This document shows, piece after piece, positions 40,777-51,576 of a stretch of DNA of 64,000 bases. How positions within the stretch are numbered: position 1 is the first letter of the stretch; each line of letters starts with the position of its first letter. The notes beneath the pieces are model-generated. The model had not been told where the DNA came from. It saw only the letters and a program-made list of their open reading frames with translations, and did no database searches. The stretch covers positions 71,592 through 135,591 of the forward strand of contig CAUZHS010000001.1 of NCBI GenBank assembly GCA_963579845.1. Reading direction: 5' to 3'. A program made the position numbers and the translations under genes. This stretch comes from Dehalococcoidia bacterium (GTDB lineage Bacteria > Chloroflexota > Dehalococcoidia > Lucifugimonadales > Australimonadaceae).

Positions 40777-42585
40777 ATGGATACGATGCTTATCGAGCTC
40801 ACCCTTCGCAATTTCGCCGTTATCCAAGAGACCCGGCTCTCGCTAGGCCCGGGGCTTCATGTGGTGACCGGTGAGACCGGCGCTGGAAAGTCACTCTTAG
40901 TGGATGCCTTGGAGATGGCCTTGGGCGCCCGCACAGGCAGGGATATCATTCGCGCCGACACTGCTGGCTCCACCGTAGAAGCGGTGTTTCAAGTGCCGGC
41001 CGGCCACCCTGTATGGCATTTCCTTGCCGAAGAGTACGGCATCGTACCGGAGGAGGACGGCCTCCTCATCCTAGCCCGGGAAGTTCAAACGGAAGGACGG
41101 AGCCTCAGCCGCCTCAATGGCCGGACAGTCCCCCAGGCTCTCCTTCGTGAGACGGGGCGATTGCTCACCGACATCCACAGCCAGGGCACCCAACTCTCCC
41201 TTCTCAACCCCGCCTTCCAACTCCGGCTCCTGGATACGTTCGGCGACCTGACCGACGCCCGCAACCAAGTGGCCGAGGCCGTCGCCTCAGCACGGGGGTT
41301 GGAACGCGAACTCGCCGAGCTATCGACGAACACACGCGAGGCCGAACAACGCCGCGACCTCCTGGCCTATCAGGTTCAAGAGATTGAAGCCGCGGAGTTG
41401 CAGGCTGGCGAAGAAGAGTCTCTCGTCCAACGGCATAAGCTCTTGTCGAATGTCCAGAACATCCAAGAGGCCTGCGAGGCAGCCCGGGACGCCCTCTCAA
41501 CCGGCTCACCCAACGCCGCGGACCTCCTGGGCGTCGCGAGAAACGCCATCGCCCGTTCGCCAGACCCCACCGACGTGCTCCAGGCCCAGATTGCCTCACT
41601 GGATACCACCATGGCCAACGTGGAGGAGACCGTGAGAGAACTACGTACACACGCCGAGAGGATAGACAACGACCCGCGCGAGCTGGAGGTCACAGAGGAG
41701 CGGCTCGACCTAGTCCGGAAGCTCATCCGCAAGTATGGCGACACCACCGACGCCGTGCTCACCTTCGCGCAGAACGCCCAAATAGAGCTCGAAGCGATGG
41801 AGGGCGTTGATAGCCGACGCGCCGGACTAGAACAGGCCAACAGAGAAGCCCTCGATACTGCAGAATCTCTGGCATGGTCTCTCTCCGAACAGCGCCACGA
41901 AGCAGCGCTCGGCCTGGCCGAAGCTGTTGCCCGTGAACTCAAGGACGTGGGTCTGGAGAGGGTGGGATTTGAGGTGGCCATCAGCCAGCAATCAACACTG
42001 GAAGGGCTGCCCGTTCCCAACGCACAACACTACGCCGCCACGGAATCGGGAATCGACCAAATCGAGTTCCTGGTGGCCACTAACCCCGGAGAGGGCTTGA
42101 GAGCCTTGGCCAAGGTGGCCTCTGGCGGCGAGACCTCCCGGCTCATGCTGGCCATTACCAGCGCATTGGGATCCGACAGGCCTGGCTCGACCCTTGTATT
42201 CGACGAAATCGACAGCGGCATTGGCGCCCGCGCCAGCGACACCGTCGGACAAAAGCTTTGGGCCTTGGCGCAGCACCATCAGGTATTGTGTATCAGCCAC
42301 CTACCCCAAATCGCCGCCTACGCCGACCACCACTTCAGGGCCGGCAAGGAGGTGCTAGATCAACGGACCTTCACCAACATCAAGGAGATTGAATCGGAGG
42401 AACGAGTTGAGGAGTTAGCCGCCATGCTGGGTGGCGCCGAGAGCCTTCATCTCGATAAGGCCGCCCAGGAGCTCCTCCACCGAGCCCAAATGCATAAGGA
42501 GCACGTCGCCAGAATGACCACCACAAGGTCGCGCCCCAGACCCGTGTACAAGGGCACGGAGGCTGCTCTCATCAAGCCCCCGTGA
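40777..42585 (+). CDS. recN: DNA repair protein RecN
   Basis: 602 aa. Walker A motif (GETGAGKS), a long coiled coil, and a C-terminal SMC signature/Walker B (ASGGETSRLMLA ... LVFDEIDSGIG). Confidence 0.93.
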   Translation: MDTMLIELTLRNFAVIQETRLSLGPGLHVVTGETGAGKSLLVDALEMALGARTGRDIIRADTAGSTVEAVFQVPAGHPVWHFLAEEYGIVPEEDGLLILAREVQTEGRSLSRLNGRTVPQALLRETGRLLTDIHSQGTQLSLLNPAFQLRLLDTFGDLTDARNQVAEAVASARGLERELAELSTNTREAEQRRDLLAYQVQEIEAAELQAGEEESLVQRHKLLSNVQNIQEACEAARDALSTGSPNAADLLGVARNAIARSPDPTDVLQAQIASLDTTMANVEETVRELRTHAERIDNDPRELEVTEERLDLVRKLIRKYGDTTDAVLTFAQNAQIELEAMEGVDSRRAGLEQANREALDTAESLAWSLSEQRHEAALGLAEAVARELKDVGLERVGFEVAISQQSTLEGLPVPNAQHYAATESGIDQIEFLVATNPGEGLRALAKVASGGETSRLMLAITSALGSDRPGSTLVFDEIDSGIGARASDTVGQKLWALAQHHQVLCISHLPQIAAYADHHFRAGKEVLDQRTFTNIKEIESEERVEELAAMLGGAESLHLDKAAQELLHRAQMHKEHVARMTTTRSRPRPVYKGTEAALIKPP

Positions 42586-42663
42586 AGCCCACAACCGGAG
42601 CACTTTACCAACTCGGGACAGCAATCTACCGCACCCTCAGCTTACCGAAGGGTCTGGTACCCG

Positions 42664-42695
42664 ATTCCTCCCCCGATTTCATCGGGGCTCGGAAT
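42664..42695. repeat. Hairpin element ATTCC(TC)CCCCGAT-TTC-ATCGGGG(CTC)GGAAT after recN
   Basis: It shares its CCCCGAT-TNC-ATCGGGG core with the hairpin at 7302..7318. Confidence 0.6.
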
Positions 42696-42728
42696 GACAG
42701 GGAAATACACTGGGCAGCGCAGGTCTTC

Positions 42729-42983
42729 TCAGCAACCCTTTAAGTGGCAGGCGCCACCATCAGCCCGCCCACGATGTGCAGCACGGTCATTCATAAGGGT
42801 TTTGTGGACAGGGCACTTATCGGCGATCTCCCGAAACCGCTCTTGCTGCTCTGCGGTGAGAGACCCCGTAACCACGATATCGAGGCGAATGACATCAACA
42901 TAGCCCTCCGTCGTCTCGTCGAAGTCATCACCGCGAAGGTGTCCAACGCCGCAGGCAGCCCATGACGAGCGTTGGTCACCAGA
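42729..42983 (-). pseudogene. C-terminal fragment of an OsmC/Ohr-family peroxiredoxin-like protein
   Basis: The minus frame gives ...SSWAACGVGHLRGDDFDETTEGYVDVIRLDIVVTGSLTAEQQERFREIADKCPVHKTLMN. It has no start codon. An in-frame TGA lies at 42984..42986. Only about 60 nt remain before the neighbouring gene. Confidence 0.6.
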
Positions 42984-43045
42984 TCAATCATTCGGTCGAG
43001 ACTGTGGACGGTCACCGCTGCCAGAACCTCACCCCACCCACCGTC

Positions 43046-43978
43046 TCAACTCGGGGATAAGAGATGCGATGAAGCGTCAGCAGCACCCTCGCGGTGATGA
43101 AGGTCGTCTTCCAGTGCACGCTCCATGGCAGAGATAGCCACCTCCACCTGGCCATCGTCTGGCGCTCGGGTGGTGAGCTTCTGCAACCAGAGGTTGGGGC
43201 TCATAAGCGCCCTGACCAGGACGTTGCCGCTGTGGGCGGCGCTGAAGCGCAGGAATTCGTAACTTACCCCCGCGATGACGGGAATAAGCACGATGCGCGA
43301 GGCCAGGCGAAGAGGCAGGTCGGGCTTGCCTAGCAGCGCGAAGACCAGAATCGAGACCACCATAACGGTGAGCAGGAAGGCCGTGCCACACCTAGGGTGG
43401 GCCGCAGGGAATCGCCGCACATTGGCAATATTCAAGGGAAGCTCGTGCTCATTAGCATGCACCGCCATATGCTCGGCAGCATGATACCCAAACACCCTTC
43501 GGATGCTGGGCATGGACCCCACCAGCAAGAGGTATGCCACGAAAATAGTAAGTCTGATCACGCCTTCCGCTACGTTGCTCACAATGGAGGAATCAGTGAA
43601 GCGGTCGACACCACTATGCACCAGCACCAGGGGCAGAACGAAGAAAAGGCTTATCGCTATGCCTAGGGAAAACAAAAGGGTCAAGGCAATGGCCCAGGGT
43701 GGAATGGGCTTCTCGTCGTCCTCCTCGCCCGCTGCGACCTGAGCAGAGTAGGTCAGGGCCTTCATCCCAATCACCATGCTCTCAGCCAGCACCAGCGTGC
43801 CTCGGACGAGCGGAATTCGTCGCAGTCGATTATTGCCCCAACCAGGAACGGTGTGGGTAACAGCGCAAATCTCACCATCAGGACGCCGAGCCGCCACGGA
43901 GTAACCCTGGCGGCCACGAATCATTACGCCCTCAATGACGGCTTGCCCACCGTAAACAAAAGGTGGCTGTTCGGCCAC
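43046..43978 (-). CDS. DUF1385 (YqhQ-like) membrane protein
   Basis: Motifs YGGQAVIEGVMIRG and HAAEHM. The position next to rpmE is the conserved one. Confidence 0.8.
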   Translation of the reverse strand: MAEQPPFVYGGQAVIEGVMIRGRQGYSVAARRPDGEICAVTHTVPGWGNNRLRRIPLVRGTLVLAESMVIGMKALTYSAQVAAGEEDDEKPIPPWAIALTLLFSLGIAISLFFVLPLVLVHSGVDRFTDSSIVSNVAEGVIRLTIFVAYLLLVGSMPSIRRVFGYHAAEHMAVHANEHELPLNIANVRRFPAAHPRCGTAFLLTVMVVSILVFALLGKPDLPLRLASRIVLIPVIAGVSYEFLRFSAAHSGNVLVRALMSPNLWLQKLTTRAPDDGQVEVAISAMERALEDDLHHREGAADASSHLLSPS

Positions 43979-44037
43979 AGAAGACTCCCGGCCCTCATGG
44001 GGGCTTTAACGCAAAGCTGAGGGAACCGCGCGGCTAG

Positions 44038-44241
44038 CTAGTCCAGCTTGAAGCGGCGCCGGAGACGCTCCACCCGGCCCTCGGTGTCCACGATGCGCTG
44101 CTCTCCCGTAAAGAAGGGGTGACAGGCGCTGCACACCTCAACTCGAATTTCGGCCCTGGCCGCTCCCAAAGTGAAGGTGTTCCCGCATGAGCAGGTCACC
44201 TTTGCTTCTGGATAGTATATGGGGTGTGTATCTGTTTTCAT
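44038..44241 (-). CDS. rpmE: 50S ribosomal protein L31
   Basis: [10 protein letters not shown]...CSCGN...[10 protein letters not shown], a Zn-ribbon form. Confidence 0.95.
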   Translation of the reverse strand: MKTDTHPIYYPEAKVTCSCGNTFTLGAARAEIRVEVCSACHPFFTGEQRIVDTEGRVERLRRRFKLD

Positions 44242-44312
44242 GATTAGCCTCTCCGCTTCTCACGACCGCCTGAGACCAAAACCCGACGGCCCTCACCTTT
44301 TCTTGGATGCGG

Positions 44313-44573
44313 TTAAAGGGCTACCGGTTCAATATTGGCCCGCTTGTTTGTCCGGGAGGCGTGATCAAACATCACCGTACCCTCTACCAGGGCGTAGAGC
44401 GTGTGATCGCGTCCCATACCAATGTTGCGGCCTGGGTGAATCTTGGTCCCGCGCTGACGAACGATGATGGTGCCTGCGAGCACAGCCTGCCCACCAAAGC
44501 GCTTGACACCCAATCGCTTTGAATTGCTGTCGCGTCCGTTCCGGGAGCTACCTCCCGCCTTCTTGTGTGCCAT
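44313..44573 (-). CDS. rpmA: 50S ribosomal protein L27
   Basis: [29 protein letters not shown]. Confidence 0.97.
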   Translation of the reverse strand: MAHKKAGGSSRNGRDSNSKRLGVKRFGGQAVLAGTIIVRQRGTKIHPGRNIGMGRDHTLYALVEGTVMFDHASRTNKRANIEPVAL

Positions 44574-44578
44574 ACTCT

Positions 44579-44941
44579 CTACCCTTCGGCCTTCGTGGCT
44601 GCCACCTTCGCAGGGCTTTTGTCCGTCACAATGTCCTTGATTGCAAGAAGGGTGAATGACTGACGATGGCCCGTCTTGCGCTGGTAGCGCACTTTAGGCT
44701 TGTATTTGAAAATAATAATCTTCTTGCCGCGCCCGTGCTCCTGTACCTCGGCGAGCACCCGGGCTCCGTCCACGGTTGGACGGCCCACTGTCACGGTATC
44801 CTCCTGGCCTAAGACCAGCACCTTGTTCAGCTCAACGGTGCTCCCAGGCTCGGCCTTGAGCAACTCCACTTGAATGGTGTCACCGGGCTGAACCCTGTAC
44901 TGCTTTCCGCCTGTTTCAACAACTGCATACGTCATAGTCAT
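44579..44941 (-). CDS. rplU: 50S ribosomal protein L21
   Basis: (MT)[19 protein letters not shown]. The start is at 44941 or 44935. Confidence 0.95.
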   Translation of the reverse strand: MTMTYAVVETGGKQYRVQPGDTIQVELLKAEPGSTVELNKVLVLGQEDTVTVGRPTVDGARVLAEVQEHGRGKKIIIFKYKPKVRYQRKTGHRQSFTLLAIKDIVTDKSPAKVAATKAEG

Positions 44942-44950
44942 AACCAGGTA

Positions 44951-44979
44951 ATTCTAGGCCACGGCCCGCTGCGTGTCAA
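44951..44979 (-). promoter_or_regulatory. Near-consensus sigma70 promoter abutting the rplU start
   Basis: On the minus strand: TTGACA (44979..44974), a 17-nt spacer, then TAGAAT (44956..44951). The -10 element ends 9 nt before the ATG at 44941. Confidence 0.6.
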
Positions 44980-45124
44980 CGAGCGGGTGCTCGCTAACCC
45001 CTGACCCCAAGGTACTATGCTAGCATCACCATCTCTCCCTCAGGCGCACGCCCCGTTCCGGACCCATCTCGCGAGCATCCCAAAATACCCGACCAGCTAC
45101 AGAATCCACAAAGCAGAAGATGGA

Positions 45125-45513
45125 ATGATCCCATTAGACTCGGTGAGAGAGCAGCTAACGACTGCCCTCAATTCTTAGGTCGTGGCGCTCCATCCCCTAG
45201 GCAAGCCGCATACCCTCCCCTTCTGGGATCTTTGGCTCCACGAAGGTTTCTTTTTCGCGACCGACTGAGCTTCGCGTAAAGGACTCAATGGGGGTACCAC
45301 CCCGCGGTGGTAATCCATGAAGGCACCTCCAAGCAGGTCACCAATGCTGATGACCTCACTCTGTTCAGAAACGCTTTTGAAGTCGAGTACGGCGTCCATC
45401 TGGAGCCCGATCCTGCCGCACCCACATACTCACTCCAACCGCATATGTTCTACGTATGGTGGGACGCAGATTTTCCCCAGAGTGCAACTCGATGGCGTCT
45501 TGGGCGCTCTTAG
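45125..45513 (+). pseudogene. Pyridoxamine-5'-phosphate-oxidase-like (PPOX/FMN- or F420-binding split-barrel) gene, decayed
   Basis: Translation gives MIPLDSVREQLTTALNS*VVALHPLGKPHTLPFWDLWLHEGFFFATD*ASRKGLNGG.., then a frameshift to ..PAVVIHEGTSKQV...MFYVWWDADFPQSATRW. In-frame TAG at 45176 and TGA at 45266, plus one frameshift near 45295. Confidence 0.55.
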
Positions 45514-45522
45514 CGCCGCGGC

Positions 45523-48174
45523 CTACTCGATAGCGTCGTTTTGAGTGTCCTCTTCGAGATCGTCGTCAAGGTCTGCGCCCTCGACATCCTCAGCCTCATC
45601 GGAGGCAGGCACGTCCATCGCAAGCTGACCCGACTGGTTGCCGCTAGCGCCGCCCTTGGCACGGCCATTGGTGCCGGTAGCGCGGCGTGGCGCCGAGAGC
45701 TTCGGAAGTTCAGGCACATCCTCGAAGGCACGCTCCTTGAAGGCACTCATAGAGATGACCTGGTCCTTCGGGCCAAGCTTGGTCATAACCATCACCCCCT
45801 GAGTGGCACGGCCCAGCCGCCTAATTTCGTCGATCCGAGTCCGATAGACCATGGCCATAGCCGAACCCACCATCATCTCCTCCACGTCGGGGCTGGTGAC
45901 CACCGCCGCTGCCAAAAGGCCTGTCTTATCGTTAATCTTCAGCGCGATGACGCCTTGGACGTTTCGTCCGGTTATCCTGAACTGGCTCACAGCGGTGCGC
46001 TTTCCATAACCGCGCTCCGTGAGCACCAGCAAAAAGGCATCGGGCTTGGCGACGTCCATGCCAATGACTTCGTCGTCGCCCACCAGCCGGATACCCCGCA
46101 CTCCACCAGCACCCCGCGTCTGGCGAACCGTCACTTCTTCCAGGCCAAACTGGACTCCCTTCCCATTACGCGTGACCATGATGACACTCATGTCCGGGTC
46201 GGCGAGCCGGGCCACCAGCATCTGGTCGCCCTTGTCCAAGTCGAAGGCAGCAAGGCCGTTACTGCGGATATTAGCGAACTGACTCAGGTGCATCCGCTTG
46301 ATCTCGCCGTTGCGCGTGGCCATAGCGATGTACTGCTCCGTACCCAGGTCGGTAACCTTCACCAGTGCGTTAACCCGTTCATCGGAGGGAATGTTGATTA
46401 GGTTCTGAATCGGCGTCCCGCGCGTCTGGCGGGTCGCATCGGCGCGCACATTGAACACCCGCTCTCGATACACCCTGCCCCGGTTGGTGAAGAACAGAAG
46501 CCAATCATGGGTATCCGCAACCACCAACTGTTGAATGGCGTCGCCCTCCCGGGTCTCCTGGCCGCGCACGCCCTTGCCACCACGGTGTTGCAGTCGGTAC
46601 GCCTCAATAGGCAGTCGCTTGATGTAGCCGCGATCGCTCAGTGTGATGACCACATCCGCGTGGGGGGTCAGCTCCTCTTTGGTAAAGTCCAGCGCCTCCT
46701 GGTCCCATATCTCCGTTCGGCGTACATCGCCAAACTCCTTACGCAATTCCTCCGTCTCCTTGATGACCACTCCGGTTACCTTGGCCGGGTCAGCTAAGAG
46801 CGCCTCAAGCTCGCGAATGCGCACGATGAGCTGCTGGAACTCGTTCTCGATACGCTCCCGCTCCAGGGCCGCCAGCCGGCGAAGCTGCATATCCAAAATC
46901 GCCTGGGCCTGGGTCTCCGTCAGGCTGAGCTGCGTGACCAACCCCGCCCGGGCCGACTCCGCGTCATCGGAAGCACGGATCAGGACGATGACCTGGTCCA
47001 AGTTCTCCAAGGCTGTACGCAAACCTTCCAGAATGTGCGCACGCTCTCGGGCCCGCCCCAGTTCATGCTCGGCCCGGCGCCGAATCACATTCCTACGAAA
47101 CTCGATGTAATGACCAAGGGAGGCCTTCAAATTCAACACCCGAGGCTGACCGTCCACCAGCGCCAGCATGTTGTAGTGGAAGGCCGTCTGCATGGTGGTG
47201 TGCTTGTGAAGGTTGTTCAGCACCTGCTCGGGGGCAGCCCCCCGTTGCAGCTCGATAACCACCCGCATACCGTCCCTGTCCGACTCATCGCGGACTCCGG
47301 ATATGCCGTCGATCTTCTTGTCCTTGGTCAGCAGAGCGATCTTCTCCACCAAGGATGCCTTGTTCACCTGGTAGGGGAGCTCCGTGACGATGATGCACTG
47401 CCGGTCACCGCTCCGGTCCATATCCTCAACTGTGGCACGGGCACGCACGATAACCCGGCCCCTGCCAGTGTGGTAGGCGGCCGTCATCCCATCCTTCCCC
47501 ATGATGATGCCCGCCGTGGGGAAATCAGGACCCTGGACAAAGCTCAGGAGGTCGTCAATCGCGGCGTCGGGATGCTCCAGCAAGTGGGTGATCGCGTCGC
47601 ATATCTCCCGAAGGTTATGGGGGGGGATGCTGGTGGTCATGCCCACCGCGATGCCGGAAGAACCGTTCACGAGCAGGTTGGGCAACCGCGCGGGGAGCAC
47701 CGTCGGCTCCTGGTGCGAGCCGTCGTAGTTGTCGCGAAAGTCCACCGTGTTGCGGTCGATATCACCCAGCATCTCCTCGGCAATTCTGGCCAACCGGGCC
47801 TCGGTGTACCGCATCGCCGCCGCTGGGTCATCGTCGACGGAGCCGAAGTTGCCCTGCCCCTGGACGAGGGGATAGCGCATGGAGAAGCTCTGGGCCATGC
47901 GGACCATGCTGTCGTACACCGCCGAATCGCCGTGGGGGTGGTATTTCCCCATCACCTCTCCGACCACTGCGGCACTCTTTTTGTAGGCAGCTGTAGGACG
48001 CAGGCCCATTTCGTGCATAGCGTAAAGAATCCGGCGGTGCACCGGTTTCAAACCGTCCCTGACATCGGGCAGTGCCCGGGCAACAATCACGCTCATGGCG
48101 TAATCGAGGTATGCCGTGCGCATTTCCTCTTCAATCTTTGCGGGGCGGATGTTGCCCTGATTGGCCAGAACCAT
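45523..48174 (-). CDS. gyrA: DNA gyrase subunit A
   Basis: 883 aa. Motifs [12 protein letters not shown] and [11 protein letters not shown] (active-site Tyr), a beta-pinwheel CTD, and an acidic C-terminal tail. Confidence 0.97.
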   Translation of the reverse strand: MVLANQGNIRPAKIEEEMRTAYLDYAMSVIVARALPDVRDGLKPVHRRILYAMHEMGLRPTAAYKKSAAVVGEVMGKYHPHGDSAVYDSMVRMAQSFSMRYPLVQGQGNFGSVDDDPAAAMRYTEARLARIAEEMLGDIDRNTVDFRDNYDGSHQEPTVLPARLPNLLVNGSSGIAVGMTTSIPPHNLREICDAITHLLEHPDAAIDDLLSFVQGPDFPTAGIIMGKDGMTAAYHTGRGRVIVRARATVEDMDRSGDRQCIIVTELPYQVNKASLVEKIALLTKDKKIDGISGVRDESDRDGMRVVIELQRGAAPEQVLNNLHKHTTMQTAFHYNMLALVDGQPRVLNLKASLGHYIEFRRNVIRRRAEHELGRARERAHILEGLRTALENLDQVIVLIRASDDAESARAGLVTQLSLTETQAQAILDMQLRRLAALERERIENEFQQLIVRIRELEALLADPAKVTGVVIKETEELRKEFGDVRRTEIWDQEALDFTKEELTPHADVVITLSDRGYIKRLPIEAYRLQHRGGKGVRGQETREGDAIQQLVVADTHDWLLFFTNRGRVYRERVFNVRADATRQTRGTPIQNLINIPSDERVNALVKVTDLGTEQYIAMATRNGEIKRMHLSQFANIRSNGLAAFDLDKGDQMLVARLADPDMSVIMVTRNGKGVQFGLEEVTVRQTRGAGGVRGIRLVGDDEVIGMDVAKPDAFLLVLTERGYGKRTAVSQFRITGRNVQGVIALKINDKTGLLAAAVVTSPDVEEMMVGSAMAMVYRTRIDEIRRLGRATQGVMVMTKLGPKDQVISMSAFKERAFEDVPELPKLSAPRRATGTNGRAKGGASGNQSGQLAMDVPASDEAEDVEGADLDDDLEEDTQNDAIE

Positions 48175-48513
48175 GCAGGCTCCTTTCGGAAGGCGCGGTC
48201 AGCGGTGAGGCAGATCGCCTGAACCTACTCGATTACCTCACGATCAGGCACATCCCAGTCATGAGCGTAGTATCAGGGCGAACCGCAAGCTGTTGTAGGA
48301 CGGGGCCATTCAAAGCACTAAATACAGTACGAAAACAGGTTGAATTATAACACAATCGCTTGAGGGTTTAGAAGGCCGGAATGACTGCTTGAGATGGTAT
48401 CCAACCCGCGCTGGCGTACTAACTGGACGGTGGGACTTATCCAGGGCATCAAGAAGCCAAGTTTTTGGCTCGGCCGCCCTCAGCACATAGAGTTCAGGAC
48501 AGGCCCCGTGCTC

Positions 48514-49239
48514 TCATGGTGACCCGCGGGAAGCCGGCGTCGATGAAGCGAAGTCCTCCGCCCGATCAAGGAGTCCATCGAATAGGTTCAAGAAGCCCGA
48601 GGGCACTTCGTCCTCACGCTCGGGGTGGCACTGGACACCGATCACCCACGAGTGCACCGGACTCTCCAATGCCTCGATAATACCGTCCTCCGGCATGTAG
48701 CCCGAAGCCAGCAGCGCGGTCGCCTTCTGGGGATCCTTGAGCCCCTGATGGTGTTGACTGTTGACCCGGTGGTACACAGCGCCACCACCGATGATGGCCC
48801 CCAGCTTGCTCCCCGGAGCCACGAACACGGGGTGCACAGCCGCTGGTGGTTGCTTCCTGTTCTCAGTCTCTGAACGGTGTCCCGGAATATCCTGCAAGAG
48901 CGAACCGCCAAAGGTCACGTTGAGCAGCTGCATCCCCCGGCAGATGGCGAGTACCGGCATATCGGCAGCCAGCGCGGAGCGCAGCAACGCAAACTCCATC
49001 TCGTCGCGGGCCTGGTCCGCTTCCACACCAGCTGCGGGATCGATCCCTTGACCATAGAACCTGGGGTGGACATCCTCGCCTCCGGTGAGCAACAACCCTC
49101 CCACGCTGGAGAGAGCCTGTTCAACGTCGAACCCGGCACTGGGCACAGCGACGCGTACGGTACCGCCACGACGGGTAACGGAGTCGATGTAGGGTCTTGC
49201 TTTGCCCTCGGAAGAGGAGGTGACAAGGATGAGCGGCAC
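48514..49239 (-). CDS. Class I glutamine amidotransferase / gamma-glutamyl-GABA hydrolase-like (peptidase C26)
   Basis: Motifs LLLTGGEDVHP and MPVLAICRGMQLLNVTFGGSL...VQCHPE. The probable start is the GTG at 49239 (GGAGG 6 nt upstream). The ORF-track start is 49305. Confidence 0.8.
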   Translation of the reverse strand: MPLILVTSSSEGKARPYIDSVTRRGGTVRVAVPSAGFDVEQALSSVGGLLLTGGEDVHPRFYGQGIDPAAGVEADQARDEMEFALLRSALAADMPVLAICRGMQLLNVTFGGSLLQDIPGHRSETENRKQPPAAVHPVFVAPGSKLGAIIGGGAVYHRVNSQHHQGLKDPQKATALLASGYMPEDGIIEALESPVHSWVIGVQCHPEREDEVPSGFLNLFDGLLDRAEDFASSTPASRGSP

Positions 49240-49541
49240 GGAGCGCCTCCAACTGGGTGAACCCCGATTATAGGCGAGGCACCATCCAGAGGCTAGTATA
49301 CCCAAGCACGCTTACCGGAGCCGCTTATTCCTCGCCAGGAACCGATTCCGGGACTACCAGGAAGACACCGTCCTTGTTTTGGTCGGGCAAAACCGAGGCA
49401 GTAATGCGCTCGAGGGCCAACGATAATCCTCGTATCCTAGTCTACTGTGCGCTTCATCACGAGGGCAGAACAGCTAGTAGCCCCGCTGTTGTGGGCCTGA
49501 TAAGAGCAGCGACCACAACTCCAAACTGATGGCACCCTGGG

Positions 49542-51389
49542 TTAGGTCCGTAGGTACCGGTCCAGGAAGTCGGCAACGTCCAGCAGCATCTGCCGCACGT
49601 TGGACGGAGCACCCACGTAGAAGCCATCGTTCGGGTATACTTTGTACTCTACGGTCTTGTACAGCCGTTCCATCTCCACCGCAAAATCTCGTGACGTCTC
49701 GGTCCAACCCTCCCTGCCTTCTCCATGCAAGACAAAGGTCGGCGTAGTCGCGTCGCTGACCCTGTAGAATGGCGAGCAGCGATACCAAACGCCCTCATTC
49801 TCCTCAAAGTTACCAAACTCGTGATCTAGGAACTTCGAGTGCCGCAGCTCCACGCGGTGGCGCAGCGTCGGCCAATCGCTGTAGCCGGACATGGGGACCG
49901 CCGCCTGGAACACCCCTGGCGCAAAGGAGACCGCGCACATGGTGAGGATGCCACCGTAGCTCGTCCCGGTAATCCCGATAGCTTTCGAGTCCACGTACCC
50001 AAGGCCCTTCAAGAACTCAGCCCCGGCAATAGCATCCTTCAAATCATCGCCACCCCAGTCCTTGTCATTCATCTCCTCAAAGGCCTTACCGTAGCCTGAG
50101 CTTCCCCGGATATTGGGCAGCAGTACCACGTACCCTCGTTGAACAAAGTATTGAACATAGGGCTGAAAATCGTCGCTGAACTGGCTGGTGGGCCCGCCGT
50201 GGATGAACAGCAGCCCGGGGTATTCCTGACCGTCTCCTCGGCTCTCAGGACTGTAGAGATATGCATGAATCGTGAGTCCGTCAAAACTCTGGTACGCAAC
50301 CTTTTCCGGCCTTGTCAACCGTTCGGTCAGCTCACCCCCCAGCTGGGAGTCGGTCAGCTGCCGGGCCTCGCCGTCTTCCAAAGAAACCACCCATAGGTCT
50401 ACAGGCGAAGTCGGAGTCCCGTACCGGAAGACGATGTGCGAACCGTCTGGAGACCACTGCGGCGTCGAGCACACTCCCAGCCTCGGTGAGAAAAGTGCCC
50501 GGGACGCTCCATCGCCAGTTTCCGTCACCCGCAACTCCAGCGTCCCGTTATGGTTCGAGGTGTATGCCACCTGCCGCCCCACGGGAGACCAAGCGGCGTG
50601 GTCCTGTTCCGCTTCCTCCGGCGCCAAGGGCTCCGGCTCACCGCCGTTAACGAGCGTGGTCCAAATGTTCGTGTGGCCGCTGCGCTGGGTACGGAAGAGG
50701 ACTTTCTCCCCGTCAGAAGAGACAAGGGGAGGGCCAAATGTCCTCCCGTGGCTGTAATCGAAGAAGTCTGTGTCATGAACGACGACCCTTTGCTCCTTGC
50801 CGCCTCTCGTCATCATGAGGACATCGTGGTCCTCCCACTTATCGTCCAGCCGAACGTACAGGATGTGCTGGCCGTCAGGGGTGAATACGGGGTTAACCGC
50901 GTAGAGCGGACAATTGGTAAGCCGAGCAGCGCTCCCTAACTCGACATCTACTAAGTAGATGTCATACGAACCATAGCGATTGCAGGACACGGCGGCGCTT
51001 TTACCGTCGGGTGCCCAGTTCATCGAGTGAATGCGTCCTCCCAGCCGCGTTAGCCGGAATTCTGCGTCCCCGTTGGTTGGCCACAGCCACACTTCATCGG
51101 TGCCGCTCTTCTTAGAAACGTAGGAGATGTAGGCGCCGTCCGGCGACCATAACGGTATACGAGGGGCCGCGCCCCCATCACTCCCTGCCACCATCAGACG
51201 GGTGGGAAATCCTCCGTCGGCAGGGATGCTCCACAAGTTAGCGGCACCCCCAAGGGAGGAGACAAAGGCGAGGCGAGTGCCATCCGGAGACCACTGAGGC
51301 GTCTCCGCAGCAACCAGGGACCGTAAGGATAGGATCTGATCCAGAGTGACTTCCGATTTGTTGGTCTTGTTCAAGCGATTCATCGTCAC
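49542..51389 (-). CDS. S9 family serine peptidase (prolyl oligopeptidase/acylaminoacyl-peptidase type) with an N-terminal beta-propeller
   Basis: 615 aa. TolB/WD40-like repeats (WSPDG x several) and the nucleophile motif GITGTSYGG. AGGAGG SD. Confidence 0.88.
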   Translation of the reverse strand: MTMNRLNKTNKSEVTLDQILSLRSLVAAETPQWSPDGTRLAFVSSLGGAANLWSIPADGGFPTRLMVAGSDGGAAPRIPLWSPDGAYISYVSKKSGTDEVWLWPTNGDAEFRLTRLGGRIHSMNWAPDGKSAAVSCNRYGSYDIYLVDVELGSAARLTNCPLYAVNPVFTPDGQHILYVRLDDKWEDHDVLMMTRGGKEQRVVVHDTDFFDYSHGRTFGPPLVSSDGEKVLFRTQRSGHTNIWTTLVNGGEPEPLAPEEAEQDHAAWSPVGRQVAYTSNHNGTLELRVTETGDGASRALFSPRLGVCSTPQWSPDGSHIVFRYGTPTSPVDLWVVSLEDGEARQLTDSQLGGELTERLTRPEKVAYQSFDGLTIHAYLYSPESRGDGQEYPGLLFIHGGPTSQFSDDFQPYVQYFVQRGYVVLLPNIRGSSGYGKAFEEMNDKDWGGDDLKDAIAGAEFLKGLGYVDSKAIGITGTSYGGILTMCAVSFAPGVFQAAVPMSGYSDWPTLRHRVELRHSKFLDHEFGNFEENEGVWYRCSPFYRVSDATTPTFVLHGEGREGWTETSRDFAVEMERLYKTVEYKVYPNDGFYVGAPSNVRQMLLDVADFLDRYLRT

Positions 51390-51576
51390 AGCCTCCTACC
51401 TTCCTGTGCACTGCGGCTATCTTTCAGAAGATTGCCACCAGGGCAGCCTGTAGCGGCGTACGCCACCAAGTTCAACTCGACGACTTCGCCATTTCCTTTT
51501 TTCATGTTCAAAATCTAAGGTTACCTGAATCACTACCTGCCCTGCGTCTATCTTTTAAAACGTCCCCCAGCGGGAC

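Noticed and set aside
47035-48222. Long ORFs antisense to real genes. Examples: 395 aa opposite gyrA, 2916..3860 opposite leuB, 6028..6921 opposite leuC, 8074..8772 opposite leuA, 20966..21757 opposite the methyltransferase, 25360..26100 opposite recG and running through the tRNA, and 12186..13130 across the T-box.
   Set aside because: These are typical high-GC artefacts. Their products are Arg/Pro/Gly/His-rich and low in complexity with no motifs. The opposite strand carries unmistakable conserved proteins.
51386-51505. 39-codon minus-strand ORF (MKKGNGEVVELNLVAYAATGCPGGNLLKD...) ending 2 nt before the S9 peptidase start.
   Set aside because: It has no SD, no recognisable family and no supporting signal beyond its position. 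I could not distinguish it from chance.
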